This document shows positions 42,027 to 54,918 of a stretch of 64,000 nt of DNA, piece after piece. This stretch comes from Daphnia carinata (Eukaryota). The first letter of the stretch is position 1. Each line of letters begins with the position of its first letter. The notes under the pieces are model-generated. The model was not told the DNA's origin and ran no database searches. It saw only the letters and a program-made list of their open reading frames with translations. A program made the position numbers and the translations under genes. Location: the NCBI RefSeq assembly GCF_022539665.2, contig NC_081333.1, positions 6,820,001 to 6,884,000 of the forward strand, written 5' to 3'.

Positions 42027-44507
42027 ATGCGAACAGTTGCATTAATAAGTGGAGGGAAAGATAGTTGTTACAATATTTTGCAATGTATAGCTGCTGGTCA
42101 TGAAATTGTAGCTCTAGCAAATCTCCATCCACCTAGTAATAATGACAATGGTTATAATACTCCATTGGTTGATGAGATGGACAGCTACATGTACCAAACA
42201 GTGGGACATGATGCCATAGCACTGTATTCCGAAGCTACAGGCCTACCGTTGTATCGTGAAACCATCAGAGGCAAAAGTGTCCATCAAGGTTCTGACTACA
42301 TATTTAGTAGTCAAGAAGATGAAGTAGAAGATTTGTATAGACTTTTAGTTCGTGTCAAAGAGGCTGAAGCTGTTGAAGCAGTTTCTGTTGGAGCTATTCT
42401 GTCCAATTACCAGCGTGTTAGAGTTGAAAATGTGTAAAATGTCTAAAAATAGTCATGATTATGATTTTTTTTATATTCAATTTTTCCCAATTTTTTCTTG
42501 TATAGCTGTAGCAGACTTGGTTTAGTATCACTGAGCTATTTGTGGCAGAGGGACCAAGAAGAACTATTAGAAGAAATGATTAAAAGTGGCATGAATGCCA
42601 TACTAATAAAAGTTGCTGCGCTTGGCCTTGATCCTAAAAAACATCTTGGCAGATCCCTCCAACATTGCCAGCATGAACTGATAAAGCTGGTATTACACCT
42701 GTTACATTTTTATTTATCACACCAAAGATGGTTCTCTATTAAATGAAACATTTTTTGTCAATTAGAAAGGAAAATTTGGTTTGAATGTATGTGGAGAGGG
42801 GGGTGAGTATGAAACCCTTACACTGGACTGCCCCATCTTCAGAAAAGTGATTGTTGTGTAAGTCTTGTAGTGACTATAAATGTAGTGTATTTAAATTGTA
42901 TACAACTTTGATGGTTACAGAGAGGAATCAGAAACTGTTCTGCATTCTAAGGATCCATTTGCCCCAGTAGCTTACTTGAAATTCCCCAAGCTCTCTCTCG
43001 CCGACAAGGTATGGAAAACTGGCTGACACGGGAAGTTGTTGAGCTGCCATAAGTCTTAACTATGCATTTTTCATCTCTAAGGAACCTTCTTCAACTCTGG
43101 ATTTTGATCTGGTACGAAAACCTGAAGACTTCTGTCGCATTGAATTAGATAGTCACTATGACGAAAAACCTCCAGATGTTTCGCCTGATCGTGTATTCAA
43201 GAATGCTGACATGGTTTCATTCCTCGGAAGTAGTCAGAGCAATTCTGGAATTATCTTCATTAGCGGATTGGTGGTTGATTCGGAATCTGATTTTAAAGAC
43301 GTGATGAATGTTCTTCAAGGTTTGAGAACTATTCATATTTCTTTCATCCGATCATTTTAAATGTTTTCTAAAAAAACTAGGTATTATCGAAAACCACGGC
43401 TCTGATATGAAAGCTCTCTTATCTGTTTGCTTGTACGTAAGGGACATGGCTGATTATCCTCGAATTAATAACATTTATGGCCAATACTTTGATTTGAACC
43501 CACCTGCGCGAGTATGTGTAGAAGTGCCGATTGCATGCTATGCTATAATTGAAGCGTCGGCAACTTTATCGGTCGATCTCAAACGTTCCCTTCACGTTCA
43601 AAGCATTTCTCATTGGGCACCTGCTAACATTGGACCGTACAGCCAATGTGTGTTAGTATGTATACTTTTACTTCATCCTGATAACTATCATTAAATAATA
43701 ACATTGATTCTTTATATTCTGCTCATACAGACAGGTGATTTGTTCGCAATGTCAGGACAAATTGGTCTTATACCTGGCTCAATGAGTTTTCCGAAACCTG
43801 CCAACTTTGTTGCAGAATGTCGCCTTGCCCTCCGTCATGTGGCCCGTGTTCTCTGCGCGATGGATGCAAACGTTTCTCTCTTTAAGGCGTTACAAGTATG
43901 TTTTGCAATTCAGCCCTTTGCACAGTACGTTGTTCATTTACTGCTACTTCAATTTTAAAGGTTGTGTGCTTTGTCTGCGATGCGATTCATATTGCTGCAG
44001 CCAAAGTAGTATGGACAGAGTACGGCGGTGATCCGCATCAGCCAATCGCTTTCGTCATCGCTCGTAGTTTGCCCAGGAACGCTTTGGTTGAATGGCAAGT
44101 GTGGACTCACAGGGTTAAGGGATCCACCGAGAAGCTAACGGTAATGGTGTCACCATCGAAGAAAGCCGGGCATATTTATGTGACGAACTGTGAAGAAGCG
44201 ACCGCTCTCGTGTGTCAATTAAGTGCGCATATCGTGATATTTCTTCTGTTTGCATTACGTGTTATTTAACTGTTTTCCACTTCAAGGTAACATTCCCGCC
44301 GATGCGAAAGAATGGAGAACACTCTACCAGAGGCTTGCCCAACAATTGGGCCAAAATCATGCACTAAGAATCTTTTACAAGAGCGAGAATGATTTCCAAT
44401 TAAAAATGTTAAACAACATATTTCCTGAGTCCATCGCGACAACTTTAATCCCTGTTTGTGGATTAGAAACAGGACAAGCTGCCCTTATTTGCGGTATAAA
44501 CGTTTAA
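42027..44507 (+). CDS. DPH6: Diphthine--ammonia ligase with C-terminal YjgF/RidA-like domains, multi-exon
   Basis: PP-loop MRTVALISGGKDS, DSYMYQTVGH, VGAILSNYQRVRVENVC, NVCGEGGEYETLTLDCP. C-terminal LHVQSISHWAPANIGPYSQ, SGQIGLIP and LPRNALVEWQ. Confidence 0.93.
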
Positions 44508-44624
44508 AGCCTTCAAAGTGGACTATTTGCATTTATTTCAAAAGGAAATTTTTCAGGACGACAGTCAATATTAAAATTTAAAAAATTTTTTTTTTTATTT
44601 TTATAATTATAGTATTTTTTTTTT

Positions 44625-46816
44625 TCATTTTTTCTTCAATTTGGCTTGGGCTTTCTCAGTACATGAACGGAACGGACAATTCCACCGTCCCTCAGGTATG
44701 CTGCGCAATCCAACGCAATATGTATGGTAACCTCGATCACAAAAGTCGCAGAACAACATTTTCTCTTCATCAGCTGGATCGTGGCATTGATCGCAAGTCT
44801 TGCAATCTATGAAACATTCAAGAAGTTGCTTGATGTCAATACGAAACGTAATAACTTCTTAACATACCGTTACATTCCCAAGAATATGCTGCTACTTGTG
44901 GCATCATATTAATGTCCAAATTCCAGCAACTTAGATGACCTAAAATATTAATGATGGTTGAAATCGCATCAACAGAAACGTTAGAAACTAAATCACACAC
45001 CATCGGCTTGGCATTTAGCACAACGGACGAGTGGCTCAGGACGACCCGACTTATTTTGCCGTCTATCTCCTCGGCAAAGCTTACAAATGCCTGGCTGTCC
45101 GGAGTAAAGCGGGCGATCTTCCTCATCCGATTCCCCGTCGTCATCCGGGCTGGAGCTAGAACTGTCTTCATCGCTAGAATCCGAGCTGAATATCCATAAT
45201 GTTAATGGAACGTAAATAATGCTACGAAAAGAATGGAAATACCTGGAGTCATCTGAAGAGGAACTCGTATCATCAGATTCTGTCTGACTTGCTATGGCGG
45301 AATCGGCTCTCGTGGGAGACCCATTTGTCGGCCGCCTTTTCCGCCTCTGATTATTGTCAGGCTGGTCAACTAATGGTCCTCTCATTACTGTACCTATTGG
45401 TAAACAGTTGAGCTGGTAAGGGCTATAAGTTTTGAAAAATGATGAGAATTGCCCAGGAATCACTGCGACGGGGTAAGGATCTGAGGGGGCGGAGATTGGT
45501 TTAAGCATAGTCGGTCGTCTCGGGATTTGCACTGTGAATGTCTGTAAGTCCAGGCAATGAAGGCGCTCTTCTACGCGTTCTTTATTGAACATGACGTTCC
45601 ATTTGGCCGCAGCCTTGATAGCTCGCAGTCGCGGGTCGAATGGTTTTTTTTCTGCTGGAGCAGCAGGAGTGGCAACGGCAGTCACTCCTTTGGTCTTCGA
45701 CTTATAAGCCTGTTCTTTCTTTTCACTTTGGGCTGCCAAGTATTCTTCGTATTTGTCAGGAAACACGTTGAAGAACAGATCAAGCACCTCGCAACTCAAT
45801 AAAGCTGTCAGTCCAAGGTTAGCTTGTGTTTCATTTACTACATTTCGTTCTCGAAGCCAATCACGTTCCACCATTTCCACCGGTCGACGCTTCATGTCAG
45901 GATACTTTCTCTTGAAATTACCTTTAATGGACAAATAGGAGATCACCTGTTCTTGTACCATCCATAGTTCGGCATTCGTGTCGTCACACGGCCAAGCGTA
46001 CTCTACTAGTTGTGCAGCGGTAATCGGTGCTTGAGAGCTCGCGTCAAAGATTTCCCGACTGCCCAACTTCTTCTTAACGTTTGGAGTGCCTAACGTTTTC
46101 CAAGGAGATTCACTCATAACCTGCCCCTGTACGGGTGTACTGAATGTTGCTGATCCCCCAAATGAATTTTCTACACTCATTCTAGTATCTTCTTCCAAAA
46201 CCTGAAACTTTGGGAGCCTCGGTCGAGCAGCTCCACGAGGGGTTTTGATTTTGGGTGTTCGTCCACCACCTCGTCCTCGCCCTCGTCCACGACCTCTGGT
46301 AGGGGTATTGAATACAGGCTCAGTATTATCTCCAGGTGTTTGTACATTGCTGTCGAAGGTATCGACATCCAAAAGTTTCTTCCGACCACGTCCTCTTCCT
46401 CTTCCTCTGACATGCTGGGCTGGTGGTGGAACTTTCACAAAATCAGGATCAGATTCAAATGGCAGATCTTTTGCACGACGTGGGAGTTTTTCTCTAGTGG
46501 CATTCAGATCATACACTTTACGCTTATATTTGCGTCTACCCACACCACCATCAATATTTTCTTCTTCATCTGCTCCTGGAGTAATGGAGGCTGTCGATCT
46601 ATCTACATTGTTTGAATCAAGTGTGTTCAAATCGTTTGTACATTCATGAGAGCTGTGGCTTGCAAGGGATAGGTCCTGTGACACATCACATTGGTCATCC
46701 AGTTGGCTGTCTTCTATTGTTTCATCTTCATTAATTTCTTCAAAACTTTGTTCCTGATGAGCTTGTATTTGGTCCTCTGTTTCATCGTGGGGAAGCATTT
46801 CATCATTAACTTCCAT
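44625..46816 (-). CDS. PHF10: PHD finger protein 10 / SAYP (PBAF subunit); exons ~46816-45243, ~45185-45001, ~44939-44868, ~44806-44625
   Basis: SAY domain ([48 protein letters not shown]). C-terminal double PHD ([41 protein letters not shown]). RGRGR repeats in the N-terminal half. Confidence 0.9.
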
Positions 46817-47315
46817 AGTAAATAGTCAAATTTTCAAATGCGTCTTGAGATCTGTAATACAAAAAGTCGGTGTTTAACAATTCGTACCTTTGAATGTCCA
46901 CTAACTACTAGGCATTAACAATAAAAATTTGATTCAACAATAGAGATTACTTGTAAATATCTCGTCAATGCGTATCTATATAAAATTGCGAGACGAATCC
47001 TAGTATTCTTATTTTAATTCAAATTTCTCGGCTTACTCAAGGATCAGAAAGAAAAGCTAAGTCAGTACATAAACATTGCTAGATAACAAACGCCACCGGT
47101 TTTTCTTAATAATCGATTCCGACGATAACCAATACCGCAAATGTTTTGAGAAATGTTTTCATAACTTTTTTTTTGCTATATCAGAAATTAGAAGAAGTAA
47201 ACTTTATTATTTTTAAAAAAGAAATATACTTTCTGTTATTTGTGAAAGTTAATGAACTTCTTAAAAACTATATTGCTAAGAAACTGGTTTTGGGGAAACA
47301 AAAGATTACCGCATT

Positions 47316-47427
47316 TTTGGCGCCAGTGACGCCAGCTTACAGCCCCGGCCACTGAACCACACACTCCGAGAATTCCTAAAACCAAACGATATTTGTCGAC
47401 ATAGGCAGCATTTGCGTCTGCGCGAAA
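47316..47427. promoter_or_regulatory. E2F-like sites in the divergent PHF10/POLA2 promoter
   Basis: TTTGGCGC at 47316-47323 and GCGCGAAA (reverse complement TTTCGCGC) at 47420-47427, just before the POLA2 ATG. Such sites are typical of replication genes. Confidence 0.5.
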
Positions 47428-47428
47428 A

Positions 47429-50400
47429 ATGGAGGAACACTTGTTGAATGAGTTTGAAGAATTCGGCGTAACCCCTAGTAAAAAAGTGTTGGAAAAATGT
47501 AAGTTAGTTTTAGGCCATCGCATTTCACAAAATGTTAAAATCCAGTTTAAGTTCCCGTCAATGTAGAGGTTTCTGTGCGATGGCGACCGTGAGTATTTTG
47601 TTAATTATGAATGCAAAAAGGGCAGAGCATGCTTCAAACAGACGTTTAATCTGGCAGCATAGACATAACCCCTTTGAATTAGATTTTTAAGAAACTTATG
47701 CTTGTTTAATGTTATGTTCTATTCATCGTTAATTATTTTTTAGGTATAGAACTGCTGAAAAAGTATGATATCACTCCTGACACCCTAGTAAATCATTGGA
47801 TTGGGTACACAGCCACTAAACTAAATGATGAAGCTCCATCGTTGGAAAACATGATCTTGTTTGAAAAAGACCTTTCTAAAGAGTTATCTGCCAAAACAAA
47901 AGTAAAGAGCGAACCTTTAAGTGAATCCCCAATAATTCACAACATTACTACCATCAATCAGATGTAATATCCAGTCTATGTATTCCTATATTTTTGTTAA
48001 TTATAATGGAATTTTTATTTATTCATTCCAGAACAGAAGATGATGAACTTCTAGTAGGTTATGGAACACCTGTAAGAAAGGTAAAAAATTTTAGTTTTTT
48101 TTTGTTTGTAGTCTACTAAGGGTCTTTGGGAGATGGATTGTGTACAAGGTTGAAAAGAGCGCCTTTCAAAAATCTACCTGGCTCACAAAGCATCGTGGCG
48201 CCTTTTTCAAGGTCAAATATTCCCCCTCGACCGTTCGTGTGTCGCCGTGGGCGACTCGGAACCTATAGCCGCACACACATCTACCTGCTGACACAACTGC
48301 GTCCATTTATGCATTTCCCTCTTTTTTGTTCAGTTCCCTCAATTTCGAAATCGGTTGTCGAGGAAAAACTAATCAGGAAGATGGAAGAATTTTTTACCGA
48401 TACGTAGTAAAGTCTCTATCCTGATGAAGTTTCATGCAAATGGTTGTACGGAACCTTCCAGTTTAAAATATAGAATACTTGACAAAGAATCTGAAATGGG
48501 TGGAGATGGTGGTTCTCGTGTCCCTCCACTGTTGCTTCAAGAGTACGGGGAGGGGGAAAGAACTCTCCTGCGATTGGTAGATAGGAATTTCATAGGTAGG
48601 AAGAGAGAAGAGGCTTCCCTTCCTACCTTACCTTTGTGCGTGCGTGTATATAGCCTTTGGTGTGTAACGAACCCTCCACCTCATTCACCCACCTCCCCCA
48701 CGAGCGCGCACACTTACGCGTTCTTCGCTCTCTTGTCGACGTATGTATTTCTCTGTGTTAGTTCTGAAAAACGAGAAAGTTAGTGCGCAGTCTAAGCCTT
48801 CGAATCACTGTAATCTTCGTAGTCTTCCAAACAATTCAACAAAATTGTTCAAACTTGTGCTTATTAATCCGTTTAAGCCAGGTGAAACATCAAGTCTAGA
48901 CGATCTTGATCAACAGTCTCTTTGGTTTTACCAAGTTTTCCATTGTTGGAGAGTGTTGCTCGCTTGGCCCCTCCCTTTTTCTTGCGCTTTCCCAGGGACT
49001 TTGCCTCGAGCTACAACGGTCGTTTTCCCATTCCTCTCTCTTTGACTCGATCTCTCTCCCTCTTTTCTTCCTCACCTGTACACACACGCACGCACAACCT
49101 GGAGGAGGGGAGAATTTTTCTTTCTTTGGGAGACGCGCGTCTCAGTCGCCATTACTTGGTGTCGCTCAATTAATCTTTATTTTCGTATTTTTGTCAATTG
49201 TACTGGCTTTTGTTTAACTCAACTTCGTTCGGTGGATATGGTTCTCGTGACATGGCTTTCATCGGCTTTAAATTCCGAGTGCACATGACTAGATCCATAC
49301 TCACCAGACGAGGCCTGGGCAATCATCGTTTGGGCCGTGTTAAATTTGAAAGAACTGTTTGCTTTGATCTTGTGTCGACATTTTTGTGGTTGTTTATTCC
49401 AATTTTTTTAATGTGATGCAATTCCGTCGACCTAGGCGTTACGTTTATTCAATGAACAACTAAGAGGGGATGACGGTGGAATTTTTCCGCGCGGGAAATC
49501 TACCCGTACTCCCCACTCTTGAACAATTGGGAGTTTTCCCTACCCAGAGTAAAATAAAAACCGGAAACGGAAATGTGAGCGAATGTCCCCTCCATGTAAC
49601 GATGATTGTCATTTCTTTTTCAGTGTAATTCTACGCCAATGACAGGTTTTTTCGAGTTGTTGATCGATTGGAAATTCCAACAGCGAGGGTTGGGCGCTCT
49701 CTAGGTGGGTCTGTTTCTAGTGCATGTGTTTCCTCAGCACGACTGTTCATGACTAGATCCATACTCATCTAAAGGGACCTAGCCGTTCTACATTACAAAA
49801 ATCGGATTTTATAACTCGTACATGATAATTCCACAATGTCGTTCAATAAATTATGTCGAAAATCTATAATGAAATCATTTATTTGGTTAACAAATTGTCG
49901 AATTTTGCATTTTAACAGTCGTCGGTTGGAGCCAAGAGGACCAGCGGACTGGAAGGAACCCCTCAGAACAAGCGGCTGGCAGGATTGGGTCAGACGTACT
50001 CAGTGCACACTCCTTCTGCGTTCTCGCCTTCTACGTAATTAAGTTTTTATTATCTTCTCATAAGCCCAACATATAAATATGGAAAAAAAGGGCAAAAGGG
50101 AAAAAAAAATGGATGTTTCACTGGTCGAAATGAATAAGATCATCGACCGTTGCAAAATAGTAGTGAACCCAGTAGTTCGGTCCTTCTAGATCTTCATTCT
50201 TTCATTCCAATGTATATTACAATAGGCCTGGTACATCCAGCAAGTTTTCGTCACGTAACAACGCTGGTGAAATTGTTGTTAAATACCCCGCTGATGACGC
50301 AGCGATTAATTGGGCCAGATCCAACGAAACATGGGAACCAGATATTCAACTTCATGGCACTGCCGAAACGAAGTTAACCACAAAGTACAATTACATGTTC

Positions 50401-51863
50401 AGCCGCCTAAGAGACAAGTTCGAGGTTCTAGAAGAACAAATTAACGATTTGGGAGATTTAATGAAAAGGAAACTCGGAATAGACGATTTCGAGCCTAACC
50501 GTGTATTGAAATCGGTAATTCCTTTTAGCGTTTTATTCTCAGTGACCAATTATATTTATTGGCGCGCTAATGAAATTACCGTTTTAGGAAACCTTCCATA
50601 CTATCGGGCGCATTTGTTGCGATGCTACCAGTGGCTCTCGGTTAAATACGTCTTCGTTATTACTCGAAGGACCCAGAAATACATCTTCTGGGCAGAGCGT
50701 CCCGCTTGATGTTTCTCAGCTCAGAGAGTTTTCATTTTTTCCAGGGCAAGTGATAGCTGTAGAGGGTAGCAATCCAACTGGAAAAAAGATGGTAGTTACC
50801 TCTATTACTACCCCACCAATCAATCGAGTCTTCAAGACTGATGTTTCTATTGAAGGTAGCGGTATAACCGATAATACTTCTCCATTTTATTGTTTAAGAT
50901 AGAACAATCCAAATGTTTGTCTTTAGGTTCTCTAAATATCATGGTGGCATGTGGGCCCTTTACGCTACCTGACGACTTGGAATTTGCGCCACTTGTTGAA
51001 TTCATCCAGCAGGTGAACGCTCTTCTTCCACATTTAGTTATCATTATGGGTCCCTTTGTTGACGTCAAAAACAAAAAAGTGGAGTGTGGCGATCTTGATT
51101 ATACCTACCAAGAACAATTCGATATCGTCATGCGAGAACTTCAGTCAAAAATCACAAAGTATTATTATCCTATTTCTTTGTCAGCTAAACAAAAATAATG
51201 TCTAGCCGGTTAAACTAGTTCTGTACAGGTTTGCATTATTCCGTCGTGGCGAGATGTGCATTATAGAGCAGTCTATCCGACTCCACCGTTCCCGCAGGAG
51301 AACAAATCACCAAATTTCAACTTTTTCTCTGATCCTTGTGTCTTAAACGTTAATGGTGTTTTCATCGCGTTGACGTCAACTGATATTCTGTTTCATCTTA
51401 GCAAAGAAGAAATTGCTGTGTAAGTATTAACATCTAGGATATGCAAACAGATCAACTGAACCTAACTTTTATTCTTGATAGTACACCTCACGGCTCAGAT
51501 CGTCTAGGACGGTTGGTGTCTCATCTATTTAGTCAACAGTCGTTTTATCCATTGAATCCACCATCAGAGGAAATGAGCATCGATTTGGAACAGGCAGAAG
51601 ATCATTGCAAACTTAGTTTCACGCCGCATTTGTTATTTGTCCCTTCAGATCTACGTCATTTTATAAAGGTATGCTTATTTTGTCAAATTTGTAGTTTCAA
51701 CTCCAAACTTACCATTTGAAACTCTAAATAGAACGTTAGCGGCTGCGTGGTTGTCAATATGGAACGAGCCGTGAAAGGTTTCTGTGGTGGAACGTATTCC
51801 CGCCTCCAGATCACTGGTGAATCTTCATCAGTCCAAATTAAAGCTGAAATTGTACGACTATAA
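47429..51863 (+). CDS. POLA2: DNA polymerase alpha subunit B, multi-exon, with a ~1.8-kb intron at 48081-49918
   Basis: Peptides: MEEHLLNEFEEFG, FSFFPGQVIAVEGSNPTG, MVACGPFT, IIMGPFVD, IIPSWRDVH..VYPTPPF, DPC, TSTDILFHL, QQSFYPL, PSDLRHF. Stop TAA at 51861-51863. Confidence 0.92.
49229..49308 (+). ncRNA. mir-279: miR-279-family pre-miRNA, copy 1 (mature ~49286-49307, UGACUAGAUCCAUACUCACCAG)
   Basis: The 3' arm has the miR-279 seed GACUAGA and a near-canonical mature sequence. The 5' arm GGTGGATATGGTTCTCGTGACATG pairs with it. Confidence 0.8.
49700..49773 (+). ncRNA. mir-279: miR-279-family pre-miRNA, copy 2 (mature ~49750-49771, UGACUAGAUCCAUACUCAUCUA)
   Basis: TAGGTGGGTCTGTTTCTAGTGCATG pairs with CATGACTAGATCCATACTCATCTA. 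The mature arm closely matches arthropod miR-279. Confidence 0.88.
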
Positions 51864-52434
51864 GTTGATTTATGCAAAGCACTTACACGTATGTGTAGAT
51901 CCCACTGTTGCGTATTTAAACCCACGCCATAAATTCAAACTCATCTTATGAATTCACGCCACCTACAGCATTCTTATTAATTATAGTTTTTTCCGTTCTA
52001 GTCAAAATTGTGTTAGTGAAAAATGAGTTGTCATCGATTCGCAAGATTACTGTAAATGTTCATGAAAAAATATTCTTGGAACCTCGCGGTTCCCTTTGCC
52101 ATAACCAGATGGATAAAGCTAAGACGGGTTTGCTGAGAACTAGTGTAGACTAATGATATTGGCTTAAGAAATTCAGCATAAGTTAATTTCAGAAGCTATT
52201 TCCGGCAAAGGTGGAGTGTGTAACTGAGACGAGCCCAGCTGATTAGGTTTCAGACACGACAATATGGACTGGTCGGATAAAGATGAATCCTATGTTTTCT
52301 TCCCGCACTTACAAGTCCACACTTCAGTAGTAAAAATTCATTTCTCGTTTCAAACATCCTTTCAAATCGCAACATGACGACTGGGTATTGGTGAACATGT
52401 AACTTTAATTTGTTTGTCAAAGTTGCTGTTTACA

Positions 52435-52536
52435 ATACGTTAGAGTATCGGGAAATTATGCCGAAGATATAAGGTTCGAATCTCATACGATATAAAGAGA
52501 ATATTTTTTACTTTTTGGGTAAAACGGATTGCCATA
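52435..52536 (+). mobile_element. Isolated transposon end (tRNA-like relic followed by GGGTAAAACGGATTGCCATA) abutting the foldback element
   Basis: TTTTTGGGTAAAACGGATTGCCATA is identical at 58601-58625. It is preceded by GTTAGAGTATCGG..CCGA..GGTTCGAATCTCATACGA. Confidence 0.6.
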
Positions 52537-52705
52537 TATGGCAATCCGTTTTACATTTAAAAAAAAAAAAAAAATGGCGGAAAAAAAAAAAAAAATCGCA
52601 CTTTTTTCTCTTTTTTCTACTCGTAGCCATCTATCAGTCGGTTTCGTTATTACAGGCATGTAAGCAATTTGAGTTAATTGTATCCTATTAGCAGTTAATT
52701 GAGTA

Positions 52706-52758
52706 GCGTGGCTGGAGAAAAACGCGTGGCTGGAGAAAAACTCGTGGCTGGAGAAAAA
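52706..52758 (+). repeat. Tandem repeat (CGTGGCTGGAGAAAAA) x3; two inverted copies in the right arm at ~57310-57343
   Basis: Read directly from the sequence. Confidence 0.85.
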
Positions 52759-52767
52759 TATTTAAAA

Positions 52768-53520
52768 ATGGATAAGATAATAAAAGATAAGGATGGTAAG
52801 TATAAACATTATTTTATTAGTTTTCAATTATAATTAATTGTTTATTAGATAAAATTATGAAGCTGCAGGCTCAATTTTTTCAACAGCACAGAATCTTAGA
52901 TGACAACAAAACTAAGGATGGTAATATGTAATGATTGTATTTGTGTTCTTTTATTCATTTGTGTTTTTTAGCTCAAACTTTGTGTCTACAAGCTCAGTTA
53001 CTGGAAAATAACAAATTAGAACTGGACACTTTCAAAACAGTGAAGGAGGTTTTCCAAACTCATCCCTAACTGAACGTGAGGATGAGTTGGCATTAGGCAA
53101 ACACAGTCAGGTACATAAACTTTTCAAATAAGAATTCCAAATAAGTATAGAATTTTAACATACAATTATTTATTGTTTAGTTATTCAGTCCACCACCTGA
53201 CAGTGTGTTAAATTTAAATTCTGTTAGTGCTGCACTAAAAGAATTGTTAGTAATAAGTCCATGCAGCAAAGGAACTGAAGAATTGTGGGACTGTATTTGG
53301 GCCGAAAATGGGTGTGGTATGGAAACACAGAAATGGCACGAGTTCAACATAAAGCATGGATTAGGTACTCTTTGGTATTTTGTCTATCGAAAAAGTATTC
53401 TTAATGCTATTATTTTGCTTTCACAGAATTTTAGCAGGGGATCAAGTGAAGTCTGGAAGTGTAACAGGATGGAAGAGTGAGCCTACAGTTTAAAAAACAC
53501 TGAGAGTGCATTACCATTAA
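52768..53520 (+). pseudogene. Decayed multi-exon gene of unknown function in the left arm
   Basis: ATG at 52768 and several ~55-70 nt GT-AG introns conserved in both arms. This copy has a premature stop or frameshift at ~53066 and a stop at ~53491. Confidence 0.55.
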
Positions 53521-54228
53521 GGTATGAGGTAAAGTAATAGTGTATGCAAATTGTCTAATGAGAAGTACCATCTTGTGTGAATGAATCCTGATAACAGCAA
53601 TCCTTTATAGTTCTGTCACAGCTAGAAGCCTCAAATAATTCTGCCTCTCTTGCTAAAGAACAACTTGTCCTTTACATTCACAGTGTTGGTGAAGCTGGGT
53701 ACTGAAATGGCCCTAAAGATGTTTCACCTCAATGGCATTGCAGTGATGAACATCATACATGAACTCCTTAGGTATGAAAGGAATTTTCTTGAAAATTTTT
53801 TGAATTGATGACAAAGCATTTCTCTTCTTTTTTGCAAACCATGTGTAACCTACAAAAAAAAAATTTATCGAATAGGAAAGGATTTTCAGCATACTGGGAA
53901 CACAACTATCAACAATGCAACATTCTATGGGTGCTATTTTATCATTCAAGAGCCTTATACAATGATTTTCATCTGCAATTTGTATGGCCTTTCCCAAGCT
54001 TCTGCCAGAAGTTGAATCTATGAGTCATGTAAGTCACATGAGCAACAATTGCGATGCTTAATGGTGTTGTTTTTCTTTTCTCAATATAGGTTAATAGTAA
54101 CATTGGATCTGAACACATTCTTGGTTGGGGCAAGACACTGAATAAATTACAATGATTGGATGGTTAACATGACATTTCTATATTTCATTCGGATTCCCGA
54201 GACGGTATTTTATATTTAAAAAATTGAA

Positions 54229-54605
54229 GTGCATATCTGGGCTCCCTTCCTTTCCGAAGCCCCGTTTCCCCTTGACTCGTAATAAGCCCGTAGGGGGTCA
54301 TGCCCCTACTGTACGGTATATATAAAAATAACATATACCGAGGTTTGTTGGGCTCTGTGCCGGAAAGGGGACGTGGGGGTCCGCTTAGTCCGATTATGTG
54401 TTCACGGAGGGCGACGTGGCTACCCACAAATCCGAACTAAAGGTTAATCGCTCCAGTAAAAATGTTCCAAATCTTCGGCTCTTCTTCCGGCTTCTCTTAG
54501 CTAATCACCGGGTAATCTCCCTGGTGGGTCAACAAGGCAGTGTCTCCCCCTGCCTGGGTTGATGGCAACTTTTGAAAGGGCTATTATGCCTTTTTAAAGT
54601 TGCAA
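54229..54605. other. GC-rich, highly structured module (left copy)
   Basis: Multiple hairpins; by my count about 11 mismatches against the right copy, fewer than in the flanking arm sequence. Confidence 0.6.
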
Positions 54606-54918
54606 AAATATTTGTATTATGCAGAGAATTGTCAATAAATTTTTTTGTATAAAATATTTTTCGCAAAATTTGTTTCTTTCATTATCTATTTTCGCTATGT
54701 TCACACATCACATTTATCAACTTTTTTTTTATTCAGTTTGTTTAATTCATCTTTATCGTTTTTGCCACCTTTGATGGTAAGCATTGTTTTGCATTGGTTT
54801 ATTTGTAAGTATTCAATTATTATATACTACACTCTTTGAATTCTTCAACTTAGATTCAAGGAACAACGTGTAATACCTAGATATTTTCTGAAGTGACTTT
54901 GTATTTGTATTTTGTTTT

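Noticed and set aside
43381..44110. DPH6-RidA fusion as a novelty
   Set aside because: This architecture is already known in yeast and many invertebrate Dph6 proteins.
47560..47670. H/ACA snoRNA-like signals (AGAGCA, hairpin, ACA) in POLA2 intron 1
   Set aside because: The second hairpin is too short and the first is poorly formed; this needs snoGPS or Rfam to decide.
48423..48495. TGATGA...CTGA, C/D-box-like
   Set aside because: No clear terminal stem and no rRNA guide sequence recognised.
52200..52282. Hairpin downstream of POLA2 (CTGAGAC/GTTTCAG)
   Set aside because: It is a single hairpin with no known miRNA seed or box motifs.
52706..52758. Repeat array as CRISPR
   Set aside because: The context is eukaryotic, with no unique spacers and no cas genes.
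54185..54427. 80-aa ORF conserved in both arms
   Set aside because: It has a non-ATG start, and its conservation is explained by the near-identical structured module.
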